Shown here in pieces: positions 1-12,757 of a stretch of 64,000 nucleotides of DNA. The translations under genes and the position numbers were made by a program. The stretch comes from Leucoraja ocellata. Its lineage: Eukaryota. The stretch lies in contig JAWMAR010000341.1 in the NCBI GenBank assembly GCA_036785375.1, forward strand, positions 186,001-250,000, given 5' to 3'. The notes under the pieces were generated by a model, which ran no database searches, was not told where the DNA came from, and was given only the letters and a program-made list of their open reading frames with translations. Each line of letters begins with the position of its first letter. Position 1 is the first letter of the stretch.

Positions 1-885
1 CTCATTCATGAGCAGCATCCAGAAGTATTATTCAGTACAAAGGATAAGTATACAAATCTGACCCCAAGATGCTTTGAACCTGGCAATAAATTAGTCAAGA
101 GACTTATTTAGCAAAGATGGCAGTTATGAAGAGACCAGCTATGATCTAATTGATCTCATCTCTATCAGCTTATTTTAGCCAACAGCACAATCATATTGTC
201 TAAAGTTTCCATCTCCAATACCACGCGAAAATTGAACTATAGACCTTTCGCAAAAATATCATCTATATAAATTCATTGAATACCGCACATTTGAAAAGTC
301 AAAAATAGTTATAACCAAGTTCATTCTTGTGTTTACAAAAGCAGACTGCTAAAGTTAAAACGATTTTAGTTAAAAAATGCAGAACTAGAAATGGACAGTC
401 CAGAAACAAGCCCAAAACTCCATTTAGACAACTGATCCCAGGCTGCAGTTTTGAACAAAGTTCCAAATCATTATTTGCAAACACTTCCCACTTTTCCTCC
501 TGAACAGCATAGCTACATTTTCCTACTTTGCTTCAGTTCTGGATTCCAAATTGAATAGTTTCTGTATTTACCCCCAAGTCATTCTAATCATCTACACAAA
601 ACCATCTTAGTGAACTTGAGTTTCAAAAGTTGTTTGGTCCAGATTAGGAACCTTTCATAGAAAATATTGTTTTACAATAACATTATCAATTGCTTACATG
701 CAATTTCCCCCTCCCCCATGGAAGTTTGTTCATTTGCTACATTTCTTTTTGCCAGTTTGAATTTTCAAAATTGTAATGCCATGTGGCATATTGGAGAGTT
801 TTATTCAGCAAGCTTAGCATATTATTGGTTTAGAAATCCCATAATGTGGAGGTGTTGATATTCAAAGAGAAACCATGTTTGTAGG

Positions 886-1081
886 CGTTTAAGCAGGAAC
901 TGCAGATGCTGGAAAATCAAAGGTACACAAAAGCAGGTGCAGCAGCATCTATGGAGCGAAGGTGATAGGCAACTTTTCGGGCCGAAACCAAAAGTTGATC
1001 CATCACACAAACGTTGCCTATCTCCTTCGCTCCATAGATGCTGCTGCACCCGCTGAGATTCTCCAGCATTTTTGTGTTTGT
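886..1081. mobile_element. Short Penelope-derived palindromic element
   Basis: Inverted arms GGTGCAGCAGCATCTATGGAGCGAAGG / CCTTCGCTCCATAGATGCTGCTGCACC. 14-bp TSD ACCATGTTTGTAGG at 872-885 and 1082-1095. Same family as 54010-54215. Confidence 0.75.
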
Positions 1082-1336
1082 ACCATGTTTGTAGGTGCTT
1101 GTTCCTAGTGTGGCGCCGAGCCCTAGACCAGGGCTGGCAGTGAGCAACAATGAAACCGAATTCTAGGAAGTTTGAAACTATTTACTACTCCATATGCTGA
1201 CCTACCCTAATAATTCCAAATTTGTGCAATCACTGAGCTTTCACTGGTTTGCACCCCAAGCCTAAAGAGGAGGTGCCAAACTGAAAATGCAATGCAAACA
1301 TTAGAGTGCATGGAAATGGGCCCTTCAGCCCAGCTT

Positions 1337-1666
1337 CTCAGTCTAAAGGGTCTTGACCCAAAACATCACCCATTCATAGAAACATAGAAAATAGGTGTAG
1401 GAGTAGGCCATTCGGCCCCTCGAGCCTGCACCGCCATTCAATATGATCATGGCTGATCATCCAACTCAGTATCCTGTACCTGCCTTCTCTCCATACCCCC
1501 AGATCCCTTTAGCCACAAGGGCCACATCTAACTCCCTCTTAAATATAGCCAATGAACTGGCCTCAACTTCCTTCTCTCCAGAGATGCGGGCCGTCTCGCT
1601 GGGTTACTCCAGCATTTTGTACCTATCTTCCGTCTCTAGCTAACATCTGCAGCACCATCCTACACA
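1337..1666. mobile_element. Penelope-derived short element interrupted by a CR1 3' fragment (1375-1568, minus)
   Basis: gggtcttgacccaaaacatcacccatt resumes as ccttctctccagagatgc after the insert. The insert is the reverse complement of the CR1 tail at 12540-12755. Confidence 0.7.
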
Positions 1667-2254
1667 TTCTTCATCTTAGCTCCTTCCAGCTGTTCAAGAT
1701 GCCTCATCCAAGATAATCCCATTTGCCCATGTTTGGCCCATATACCTCTAAGCCTTTCCATTCATTTCTCCACCTTTTCAAATAGTTTTAAAGTGCTGCA
1801 GTACCTGCCTCGACTGGTAGATCCTTCCATATAACCACCTTCCCGAGTGAATTATTCGGGATGTCATCGTCCAATTACAGTAACATTCCATTGGGCCCCA
1901 CTGGAAGGCGACAAGAAACCAGACTGTTCCCAAATTTAGGATTAAGCAGAAATAGTTTCAGCAGCCAGGTTCCACCTGATCAGATGAGATCCATGAGCTT
2001 TAAAAAGGACAAATCCCCATACAAGTTCACCAAGTAGAACAACCATAACAATTTGATTGCAAGCGTTAAAGTGTCAAGATTCAGCCAAGTAGACCATTAT
2101 TTTGGTGGGATCAGAAACCCAACATCAGGAAACAATTTAAAGGATGGAGGAAAAATGCTAGGACCAGAATGGTTTACATCATCCTTGGCAAGCTTGGAGA
2201 TTTAAGGAAATTTGAGCAAGCAAGCTTGAAAGAGTAACAGATCAGTTACATTTA

Positions 2255-2525
2255 GGAAACAGGCCCTTCAGTCCACGCTGATTATTAATCAGCTGTTCCA
2301 TAGTGCCATGTTATCTCACTTTCTCATTCACTCCCACGGTTGGATTTTACAGAGGCCTACATACCTCATGCTTTTGGGATGTGACAGCAAACCATAGCAC
2401 CTAGAGGAAGCTCACGAGGTCATAGGGGCATAGAGTATGTGCATGGTCCACAAACAGCACCCAAGGTCAAGATCGAACCTGTGTCTCTGGTGCCAAGGCC
2501 AAGCTTTATCAGTTGCACCACTGCT
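2255..2525 (-). mobile_element. tRNA-derived V-SINE/HE1-like SINE (diverged)
   Basis: Reverse-strand B-box-like GGTTCGATC and V-domain-like core. Homologous to 30330-30600, 36120-36420 and 46055-46312. Confidence 0.65.
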
Positions 2526-3070
2526 GACCTAAAAATACTAAAACGTTTTTGCTCACATTTTCCACTTGATACAATATAAAGTGACATCAGTCTTAAGTGA
2601 CTAAGATGGTCAGGGGAGCAGTTGCATGGGAAAACCACCAGCAAGATGCACTCTCCCACCTTGAGCATTCATCACCATGGGAACAGGGCTCATTCTGTTC
2701 AGCCAACGTGATCTCGACTCACTCGATCTACTCCTCCGTGCCAGACAGAAATAACTTAACTGACCCCAGACTTCAGGTTTCTGCAGATTCCAAATCTCAC
2801 ATTTAGTCGCCTTGATCCCACCAAGTAAATTTGTCAACACAAATTTCACTCCAGATCTCAATCAGAACCCTTCCTTAATCTTTTAAACTAAAAAATACAC
2901 CGGTTCTCAATGTAACCTTTTAAGACGCAGCACAGCGATTTGAAGCAAAAAGCGCACACTTTGCAAACGCACGGCTAGGGAATTGACACAAGTTTGAAAG
3001 GAACTCAAAGATTCTTTAAAATAGTTGTGCACTAAAAGGATCAACCGTTCAAGTAGGTAATGATATACTG

Positions 3071-3076
3071 TTTATT
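3071..3076 (-). terminator. Probable IER5L polyadenylation signal (AATAAA)
   Basis: Plus-strand TTTATT at 3071-3076, preceded on the minus strand by U/GU-rich, repeat-free 3'UTR-like sequence. Gives a 3'UTR of ~1.65 kb. Confidence 0.55.
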
Positions 3077-3404
3077 AAAAGCACAAAAGTACAGATACAA
3101 ACACAGTAGAGATGATGTTGACAGATGAAACCTCCCAAATTAAAACTGGTCAGTTACACGCTATAAACGTTTCATTAAAAACTTTGAGCCTTAACACCTT
3201 TTTACAACAAAAGGCTTCGCCAAACAAACTTTGGCAAGAAATTTTGCATCGGGTAACATTTCGTTCAGTTTACCGATTCATAAAATGGAAACACTGTTAA
3301 CAGCCTCACCATTTAACTGCACGCTCACGTTAAAAGGTTTACTGTGTTGGACTGTTCGACGACAAAACAAAACGTTGAAAAGCTTTTGGAACCAGACTAA
3401 TCAA

Positions 3405-3424
3405 GGGGGGGGGGGGGGGGGGGG
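3405..3424. repeat. G20 homopolymer (C20 in the putative 3'UTR)
   Basis: 20 consecutive G. Confidence 0.95.
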
Positions 3425-4640
3425 AGAACTGTTCTATTTACAAAATGCAAAAATAAAAATTGCAACCTTGATCTGGACTAATGCTCGTCTGAAGTAGCGT
3501 TTTAATCCGCATCCATCACATCGCGCCGTTTCAATGACTACTGCCCACGACTATAACCAGATGAAAGTTTAATTTAGGAGTGGGAATGTGTAGGAAATCA
3601 TTCTGCGTTAAAATACTATGCAGACCAGTCAGACGGGTGACTTTTCCATGTTAGGTGGGATGTTACCGGCGCAATATCGACTTTAAAATAGAAATCACTA
3701 CACGGTTTCAGTGCTCTGCATTTAAAATTCGTAGCAAACGCACAGGAGAATCAACATTACAAGTCTTCCACTATTGTAATTTCAAATACACTTTGGACGA
3801 ATTGTTCGCGATTCACATTGCGCGCGTTAAAGTTTTAACAAAGGGGTAAATATCTTTCCAAATTATAATTGGTTGATGTTTCGCCATCGTTAAAAAAACG
3901 CGGAATGAAAATAATTTCAGAAACAGCGTTTAAAAAGTGCTCCCAATGCAGGAAAACCAACATTTAAAACAATAGCGAGCCAATGGGCCCCACCACTCCC
4001 AAAAGGGAGTAGAAGTTAATGCAATTTGAAGTCTCGTTATCTCAAATAAAAAAGTTAAAATTTAGGAAACGTTTAGAAGTCTGCTGAATATTAAAAGGAG
4101 ACGTGTTCGGGATAAAAAAGTTGCGCCACAAGATCAATTTAATTCCGCATTGTGGAGAGTCGGTGCATGTCTCCTTTAAAAGCGCAGGGCCGGGTCACGT
4201 GACGCCGCCAGCTTCCCCCCGCCCCCATTCAACCCAACGGCGACGATCCCTGGCGTCAGGGAGTCTGACACCATTTAAAGGGACAGCGCTCCTCTTAAAG
4301 CGACACCAATTTCGCGCTGGTTTGGAAAAAAGTGGCACTCAAAATCCGTGGCTTCTCGTTTTTTAGCTCTGGGGGGGAAAAAACCCTCATTCTACCTCCC
4401 CAACCCCATCAAAGATTTACGCAAGTCGATCATCCAATTTCCGGGGGAGGGGTCGTGGGGTTGCTGACCTCCAAGTCTTGCATTGTAAACGATTGACTTT
4501 TTAAGTTGCTATGCTTTTAAAGTTCCGAACCTCCAAAACAAAAAAAACAACACATTTGTCTCCAGTTGGAAGTGTGGTCCAGATTTGTTCTGCCTGTTAC
4601 AGTATAAAAATAATAAACACAGCACAAGCACACGCATCGC

Positions 4641-4702
4641 GCACACACACACATACACACACCCACACACATACACACACCCACACACATACACACACAC
4701 AC
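4641..4702. repeat. (CA)n-like microsatellite with an 18-bp higher-order period, just 3' of the IER5L stop
   Basis: cacacacacatacacacacc-type units, directly visible. Confidence 0.9.
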
Positions 4703-4712
4703 AGGAAAGCGC

Positions 4713-5564
4713 TCAAAAAGCCACGATCGCTCTAGTCCATGCCCCTAAACTGGCGAGCGCCTGTTTGCTGCACAATTGCCCGTTCTGTTTGACTTCTGAC
4801 TGAAGCAACTGCTCCGAGTCCGCCCGGCTCACCAAGCCGGAGAAGCCCGAGCCGAAGATGGAGATAAGGTTGGATATGTTGGAAGGGTCCGTGCAGTCCA
4901 AGGTTTGACCGGCGCTAGAGTAGTCTTCGAACCGGACTCGCTTAACCGGCGAAGAAAAGTCTTCTGCTTCGTTTGGGTAAAAGCTACTGCTCGAGTCCGA
5001 CTTGCGCTTCCTGCCGCCGGTACTGCTAGCGCAACAACAGGCGCAGTCTTGGAGGTAGCCGTTGTCCACCGTGGTGACCGTGTGAGTGTCCAGATCCAGC
5101 ACTGTGGTCTTGGTACAGTGGGTCCCACCAACGCCACCACCTCCCGACGGCTCATAGTTCGTGCCTGGGTACGAAGCCGAGCAAGAGAGCCGGTATAGAG
5201 GGTGCTCAGGTTCCGCGTCCTTACTGAGTTGAGTGTGCAGGTGGCCGGGCTGGTGGTCGAGCGGGCTGCAGACGTTCTCCCCTTGGCCGCTGTTTGCCTC
5301 CACCATCTCTTCCACCACTTCGAGCGGGTGATTGCCTTGGATCTCTCCCGAGATGTCTAACATGTCGTGTACCTCCTCGTACTGGTGCATGCCGTAGATC
5401 TCGGCGTACTTCTCGCTCATGTAGACTTGCCGGGCGTTTCGGAGCACATAGGAGACCAGGAGGTTCTTGTGAAGCTTGATGCCTCCTCTCTGAGTTCTCG
5501 AATTGTGGATTTTGCGGAGAGAGATTGTGATCAAGCTTTGTGCATTGACGGCACAATCCATCAT
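4713..5564 (-). CDS. IER5L: Immediate early response 5-like protein (IER family), single exon, 283 aa from the first ATG
   Basis: The N-terminus MDCAVNAQSLITISLRKIHNSRTQRGGIKLHKNLLVSYVLRNARQVY and C-terminus NLISIFGSGFSGLVSR...NGQLCSKQALASLGAWTRAIVAF are the IER5L-type conserved blocks. Tandem ATGs at 5564 and 5561, TGA at 4713-4715, GC/CpG-rich uninterrupted ORF. The ORF-track start at 5588 is a GTG. Confidence 0.95.
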   Translation of the reverse strand: MMDCAVNAQSLITISLRKIHNSRTQRGGIKLHKNLLVSYVLRNARQVYMSEKYAEIYGMHQYEEVHDMLDISGEIQGNHPLEVVEEMVEANSGQGENVCSPLDHQPGHLHTQLSKDAEPEHPLYRLSCSASYPGTNYEPSGGGGVGGTHCTKTTVLDLDTHTVTTVDNGYLQDCACCCASSTGGRKRKSDSSSSFYPNEAEDFSSPVKRVRFEDYSSAGQTLDCTDPSNISNLISIFGSGFSGLVSRADSEQLLQSEVKQNGQLCSKQALASLGAWTRAIVAF

Positions 5565-5791
5565 GACCGACCGCCGTTGGTTCTCCACTCAATGAACAAG
5601 CCACTTTTTGTTAGTTGCCCCCACACACAAACAAAAATCCAGTCCTGTACTGGGGCGGGAGGGGAGCACTGCTCGGCAGAGAACCTTCGCCTTTTTCTGA
5701 GTGCCTGTGTGTGTGTATATGTTCCCAACCCACAATACGCCTTCCCTCTTCTTCCTGCACTGACACTGCGAGCAGTAAGAAGGTTTAGGGC

Positions 5792-5900
5792 ATTTATATG
5801 GCATGAATGAGTCATTTGCAATTTCCCCTGGCCACTCAGACTGCAGAATCGTGAGCTGATAGACAGCATCACCACCCCGCCCCGTGTGCATCGAACCAAT
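5792..5900 (-). promoter_or_regulatory. IER5L proximal promoter
   Basis: TATAAAT on minus at 5792-5798, AP-1 site ATGAGTCAT at 5807-5815, GC box CCCCGCCCC at 5875-5883 and CCAAT at 5896-5900, about 230-340 bp upstream of the ATG. Predicted TSS near 5765. Confidence 0.75.
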
Positions 5901-6796
5901 GGGAGTGAGGCGGTTCCTCATTGCTGTTTAAATCCACTGTGAAAGCTGAACTGACACAGGCAAGGCTGGGGAAGGAAAAAAAATCCCTTCTATAGCTACA
6001 CTGCAACTCAGAGCACCAGCTCAGCAAGGAAAAGCTTCACTCCTAAATTAGTCCCGCAAATAGAATAACCAGCTATTATCAGAACCCTTCATAACATTTG
6101 GCACTCATTACTTAAAGCCTCAAATTTAATTGGAAGAAAAAATATTTATTGTTTTTTTTTCCAAATTTTATTAAAGTACACTTTTCTGTTCTCGTGTTAA
6201 ATAATCAGAAATCATCTCCACAATTGGAAAATATTCAGAGAAGCTAGTTTGGGGAGGGATTTTGTTTCATTTTTAATTTTGTGCTTCCAGATTTTGTAAC
6301 TTTGTAAGCACCCTTTATGGGCGACTACCTTGGCTATTCAAGCAAAGAATTTCACTGACTTGTCACATGTGACAATAAAGTATTCAAATCAATTCAAAGA
6401 CATCTTAAGTAATACGTATAACGACATAGGTGATCATTTGTCTCAACTGGTCTATAGGGGACAATCGCATTGATATTATGTGCAGTTTTGCAGGATGAAC
6501 GTGGATGCTTTGGAGAAAGTGCAGAAGAGATTCACCAGAATGCTGCCTGGATTTGATGGTATGACCCATAAAGAGGTTGGACCAACTTGGATTTAAGAGG
6601 TTTTTTAATAAGCAAATGGATATGCAAGGAATTAAGGTATTTAGTTCAAGTGTGGGCAGACATTTAATTTAATTTGTCATTATGTTCAGCACAGATATTG
6701 TCAGCCGAAGGGCATTCTATGTTCTATTAGTCCAATTCTTCTTCTTCTCATCTCCCAATCCCCTGCAATGGACTATTTAATCCCCTGCAATGGACC

Positions 6797-7050
6797 GGGA
6801 GGCGCTACAGGTCTCTCCGTTGCCGAACCAGCAGGTCGAGGAACAGCTTCTTTCCGACGGCTATCACTCTACTCAACAACGTACCTCGGTGACTGCCAAT
6901 CACCACCCCCCCCCCCCCCCGGACACTTATTATTTTTTATTCAAATCGTTTGCTATGTCGCTCTTCAAGGGAGATGCTAAATGCATTTTGTTGTCTCTGT
7001 ACTGTACACTGACAATGACAATTAAAATTGAATCTGAATCTGAATCTGAA
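6797..7050 (+). mobile_element. LINE 3' end (Rex/Babar- or L2-like) with (TCTGAA)n tail
   Basis: aggtcgaggaacagcttctttcc RT C-terminal remnant followed by a 3'UTR and a tandem tail. Confidence 0.55.
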
Positions 7051-8335
7051 CCTACGTCCCTGGAGCTGCGAAGTAGCAGCACCAATTGATGCACCATCAT
7101 GCCTGAGCAATTATGGAACACTGGAGTAATTCATGGTGGAATGGTGGAGTGAATAAAATGTGAGTTATTCAAGAAATTGTACCTCTTGAATACCCTCTGA
7201 TGAATGCAGGTCGGGAGGTGGTACTCGAAATGAAGGGGAATGAGCTATGAAGATATTTGGAAACCCGAATATTAATTTAAAAATGGAATAATTGCTTAAC
7301 TAAGCAATGTTTTCTAGGACATGGGAACCATAATAATCTCAAGTTATGAAGGAGATAATGTACAAGGCTAAGCAGGAATATGCAAGAATAGTCAAGACTA
7401 AAGGGAAGATAAGCAGACGAGAAGCTTTCAAGAACAGATGAGCTGAGGCAAGGATAGAGGCAGCGATGTCAGATGTGGAAATGGTCGGTTTTTAATAATA
7501 GTCAGGGTATGTGAACCAATGTTCACCTCAGGGCAAACAAGACACTAAGGTTTGCAACCAGCTATCTTGTTAAACTTCAGATAGTTGCCAGGAAATTGTC
7601 TGGAATCAGTAGTTTGGTAATAGAAATAGTGATAGGATGAAAGGATATCTCTGCACAATGAGTGTTGAATGCACCAGTCAGATAATGTTGGGTCAAACAA
7701 AGTGGTGGTGTAGTAGAACTGGACGTCAGCAAACTTTGTCTTCAAATGATATTGATTGGCAATAGCATTGACTGGGAAATAGGAGGAGGATTAAGGATGT
7801 ATTCTTTAAGAGTTACCAGGGGTAATAGCATGGATAATGGGAGAGAAGCCATTGTAGGTGAGTATCTGTCTTTGACTTTGCCCAGGCATTTCCCTGAGAT
7901 CAGCTGGATAACCAGCAAGAGGCATTCAAGAAGGACAACATGGCCAATCATGTCAAGGGCAGAACAGAGGTCAGGATGGAAGAGAAGAAATATATAACTT
8001 TTATCACAATCACACTGGATGTCCCCAGTGACTTGATCAGCTGTTTCAAAACTAATGGTGGTTAAAAACCCAGGTAGAAAGACACAGAATCACAGAATCA
8101 GTATGGTACGGAAAGATTTCCATGGCATTTGTACTGGCTTTATTAAGAACTATCCAGCTATTGTCACTTCATTGTACCTCTCCATGTAGCCTTGCAGTTT
8201 TATTTTTTATTTCAGATTCTTATGCAGCTTCCTTTGAATACTACAATTAAATTTCCCTCCCTACCACCAAAGATAAGGCATGTAAAAAAGTTCTAGATCA
8301 GTGATTAGTAATTCTTTCAAATATCACTCTCCTAT

Positions 8336-8420
8336 CTTTCTCTTGCGAATGAAACATAAACCAAAGGAATAGTTAGATCTCAAGCCAGGTGCTGAGCAGC
8401 CAGGTTGTTGTCTCCTACGA
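8336..8420 (-). mobile_element. 3' end of an RTE-X/I-like LINE, same family as 25819-26050
   Basis: ttcttgcgaatgaaa(c/a)ataaaccaaaggaatagttagatctcaagccagg is shared by both copies. Confidence 0.6.
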
Positions 8421-8694
8421 GCTGAGCTTCAATGTGCCCTGGAGCATGTGGACAACACTGAACAGGATAAGGCTCGTTGTGCACCGAGATAACTGATGAT
8501 GCACCTTAGAACTTCACCTGTACAAACCAGAGGGAGCCTTGATCAAAACAGGGGCAAATAATAATATCCTGCCCCAACACAAGACAACGTCACTAGTTAC
8601 ACTTGCTTTCTAGTAGAACATTAGGCTGATTAGTGGAATTGAGTTTAAAATGATAATGACAGATTCTACACATAATTATATAAAAAAAAGATCC

Positions 8695-9270
8695 ATAGAT
8701 ACATAGACAATAGGTGCAGGGGTAGGGCATTCGGCCCTTCGTGCCGGCACCGCCATTCAATGTGATCATAGCTGATCATCCACAATCAGTACCCCGTTCC
8801 TGCATTCTCCCCATACCCCTTGATTCCGCTGGCCCTGAGCTTTATCTAACTCTCTTTTGCATGCATCCAGTGAATCGCTACTCTTTGTTTCCTGTCTGCC
8901 AACCAATTTTCTATCCATGTCAATACCAATACTATGTGCTCTAATTTTGCCCACTAATCTTCTGTGTGGGATCTTATCAAAGGCTTTCTGAAAGTCCAGT
9001 TACACTACATCTATTGGCTCTCCCTTGTCCATTTTACTTGTTACATCCTCAAAAAATTCTAGAAGATTTGTCAAGCTTGATTTCCCCTTTGTAAATCCAT
9101 GCTGACTTGGACCGATCCTGTTACTGCTATCCAAATGCGCAGCAATTACATCTTTGATAATCGACTCCAGCATCTTCCCCACCATGGATGTCAGGCTAAC
9201 TGGTCTATAATTCCCTGCTTTCTCTCTCCCTCCTTTCTTGAAAAGTGGGATAACATTAGCTACCCTCCAA
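8695..9270 (-). mobile_element. CR1 LINE fragment (RT part joined to 3' end)
   Basis: ORF 9000-9185 VGKMLESIIKD...SQHGFTKGKSSLTNLLEFFEDVT..MDKGEPIDVV is the CR1 RT signature. CR1 tail at 8695-8878. Confidence 0.9.
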
Positions 9271-12200
9271 TATTATTTGTATCCTGTAATATGAAAGGAA
9301 GACTATGCAACAATGCTACTGGGCAGCCTTGGTCCAAAATATAGATAGGGAGCTGAATTGCAGAGGAGAGGAAGAAGTCTCTGTCCTCGAGGCAGCATTT
9401 GACTGAGTAAGATATCAAGAAGCCCAAATTAAAATTGAACTAATTTAATTGGGAAAGAAAGTCTCAAATGACTGGATCTATGGCACAATGGGAATGAATA
9501 TGGTTGATGGAAATCAATCATTTCAACCCCAGATCATCTCAACTCAAGAACATTGCTCCAGGAGTCCCTTAACACAGATCTTATTCCAACCACTTTTTGC
9601 TACTTCATAAATGATCTTCTTGCTATGAAAAATGATAGGGGTGTTTGCTAATAGTTGCAGAGTTTGGTTCCTCTCTCAACAGTTCACATAATGAATCAGG
9701 CTGCTTATAGCAAGACCTGAATAACATTCAGGCACGGGCTGGGAAGCAGCACATTATCTTTGTGGAGCATAAATGCCATGCAATGACACTGGAAAATACT
9801 GGAAGTACACTGCGGGTTGGGCAGCATCCTGTGGAAAGAGAAATAATTAATGCTTCAGGTTCAGAACCCTTAATCTGATGAAAGGTTCGGGACTTAAAAA
9901 GTTAACTGGTTCTTTTTCCACAGATGCTGCTGGACGTTCTGAGTGTTTCCTGCATTTTCTGTTTTTATTTACGTTTTCCATTAGTTAGCCAATCCATTAT
10001 CCATATTCTTATACATTTTACATAAGCCTAAGTCCTCATATCCTGTATACATTTTATGTTTTACAATATGAAATGCCTTTTGGAAATGAAAATATACTGT
10101 ATTTACTAGCTTCCATTTCTCATTTCATTTCCCATTCCTCATTTCATCCTCAAAGAATTCCAATAAGATTGACAAACATGATATTCCTTTTATAAAACCA
10201 CACTGGTTTTGCTACAACTCCCTTCATAATGGATTCATCTCCTACCTCCCTAAACCACCTATAAAGCACAAGCTAGGAGTGCGATGGAATGATTTCCTCT
10301 TGCCTGATAAAGTGCAGCTGCAATAACACTCAAGAAGCTTGACACCATCCAAAACAAAGTAGCTCACTTGATGCACTGCCTCTACCACGAGCACACTCTG
10401 GACGCAGCACATCATCCATGTAATGCAGTGGAATAACTTACTAAGGATTCTTTAGCATCAATTCCCTTAGAAAGTCAAGGGCAACAGGTATATATATATA
10501 GCAGCTATGGATTCTGAAATGAAGGAAAACAGACAAACTCTGAATCAGAAGGAATTCGAGTAATGTTCGTATGGAGTGAATTGTTGAGTGGTTGTAATAT
10601 CCAAATCAAGCACAAATGGAAACTCATCCTATTAATTGTAAACATGTCTCATTACATCATTTCTTAAGCTAGGATGTAATCCTGATATTGCAACCTAGCT
10701 CATTGTGGATTTTGTACTTCTTTTTAATCTGTACTTTCTTTGTAATTGTAGCTTTGTCCCTGGAATGGTAACACCATAACACTGCATTCTGGTATTTTCC
10801 TTTTTGCATTTCCTGTTGTACGTGTGTATGGCTTGATTGTATTAATGTATGGTATGGTTCAACTGGACAACACACAATGTTGTTCACTGTATCTCAGAAT
10901 ACACAATAATCAACCAAACCAAACCTAACTGTACTTTATTTGTTTAAGGGTATGAATCAGTGTGTAACTCTCTATGTGTAATGGCAAATTTTCAACTTAT
11001 CCAGTGACCTCTTTCCCAGTTGCCTTTACTACACAGATAAGTAGGAGTGATCTTACGCAGACCTAATAGAACAGATCTTCCAGTCATTATTTCCAGTTTC
11101 ATTGGTTGTTTATTGAAGTAGTTGTACAAACAAAGAGATGAAAGTACCAGGTATTCCTTATACTGCATGCAAGTTGTAGCTGGCTGTTCTGTCCCTGGTC
11201 TGGTGAGAACTGTATGCTCTCCCTCCCTGTGTCTGTCACTTCCTGTCCCCTGTGCCCATATATATACACCACTCTGTGCATCTAATGACCGCCCCCCAAG
11301 TGTCCAAGATATATCTAGACAAAATAATATAATATGCTAACAGCAGCTAGCCTCAATATAAATGGCTCCCACAGTATGTTTGCACCCGTTAGCAAAGACT
11401 GGATCATGTTCTGCTGTGCACAACTGAACAGTTGATGAAGACTCATTGTCAAGTTCCATCATTCACAGCACCCGAAGAGGGAACATGGAGATGATATGCA
11501 GGGTTATCTTAATCTGCCTCAGTTCACAATCTTTGCTGCATGGTTGAATTTACAAACATTTCAAACTGCAGGAGGAGCTATTCAATTGATCACTCAGTGG
11601 GCTTCTGGCGGCTCTTACTGAATGGTTGGGAGTAGGTTCCTTGCAAATTTTCTCTTGAGGTTGACCAACAGTCCAAGAAGACAGAAGGGAAAGGAAGGGA
11701 ATTTGTGCGTAACCTGGCTGCCATGTTTCCCACAATGGTGGCTACAATTCAACGGTACCTTATTGTTGTAAAATGCACTGAAAAGTCTTGACCAATGTCC
11801 TTGGAGCTCTGAGCTGTGGAAATGATCCAATTCATTTTTAGGATCTTTTGGTAATGCTTTATTATGGATAAATATTAATTCTTAGTTAAGTAAACCATTA
11901 ATTGCTATGCTCTTTTGGGGCTTTTCAATTTGGTTATTCTCCTTGTGCATTAAGAAAAACCTAATATATTCTGTGGTTTACTATATAATTGAAGATAAGT
12001 ACATCATTGACAGGCTATGTCCTTCCTGTATCCCCTTTTCCAAAGAAAACAAGTTAGAACAACAACAACTTGATTTTAAATACAATTTTTAATATAATGA
12101 AATATTTTAAGCCTCTTTATAGGAGTTGTGTGTGTACAGGAATTTAAAATTTTAAACATTTGTAAGAGCAAATGTTTCTGTACATTTTCGAATGGTTATT

Positions 12201-12521
12201 TGGCAGGGTGGGGTAGGGTATCTCTGCTTGATAATGTTTTATTATTCATGTTTAATGTTTTATGTGTCATTCCTAACTGTTACTGTATGTCATGTTGTCA
12301 CTTGCGGGCAGAGCACCAAGGCAAATTCCCTGTATGTGAATACTTGGCTAATAAACTTAATCATTCATTCATACCCCTCCTTCACACATCCTGGCGTCAA
12401 ACAGTTTCTGGGATAGAAATGGAGGTTAAGAAATAAGGTTTGGGATAGAATAAATTATTTCAGTCTTCCTTAAATTTAGTATTTTATTTTTGTGGGAAAC
12501 TTTAACCCAATATGTTAACAG

Positions 12522-12757
12522 GGGAGTGGTGAATCTGTGGAATTCTCTGCCACAGAAGGTAGTTGAGGCCAGTTCATTGGCTATATTTAAGAGGGAGTTA
12601 GTTGTGGCCCTTGTGGCTAAGGGGATCAGGGGGTATGGAGAGAAGGCAGGTACGGGATACTGAGTTGGATGATCAGCCATGATCATATTGAATGGCAGTG
12701 CAGGCTCGAAGGGCCGAATGGCCTACTCCTGCACCTAATTTCTATGTTTCTATGTTT
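12522..12757 (+). mobile_element. Young CR1 LINE 3' fragment with (TTTCTATG)n tail
   Basis: Near-identical to 19626-19845, 32175-32393 and the reverse complement of 1375-1568. Encodes LWNSLP..VVEA..FKREL. Confidence 0.9.

Noticed and set aside
4509-4803. VC/HT-repeat ORFs
   Set aside because: Translation of the (CA)n microsatellite.
5565-5588. N-terminal extension MENQRRSV of IER5L
   Set aside because: The start is a GTG. Family homology begins at the ATGs at 5564/5561.
5790-5801. CArG/SRE box in the IER5L promoter
   Set aside because: CCATATAAATG does not fit CC(A/T)6GG. It is better read as the TATA box.
4829-5921. Alternative-frame and antisense ORFs overlapping IER5L
   Set aside because: Expected in GC-rich coding DNA, with no recognisable homology.
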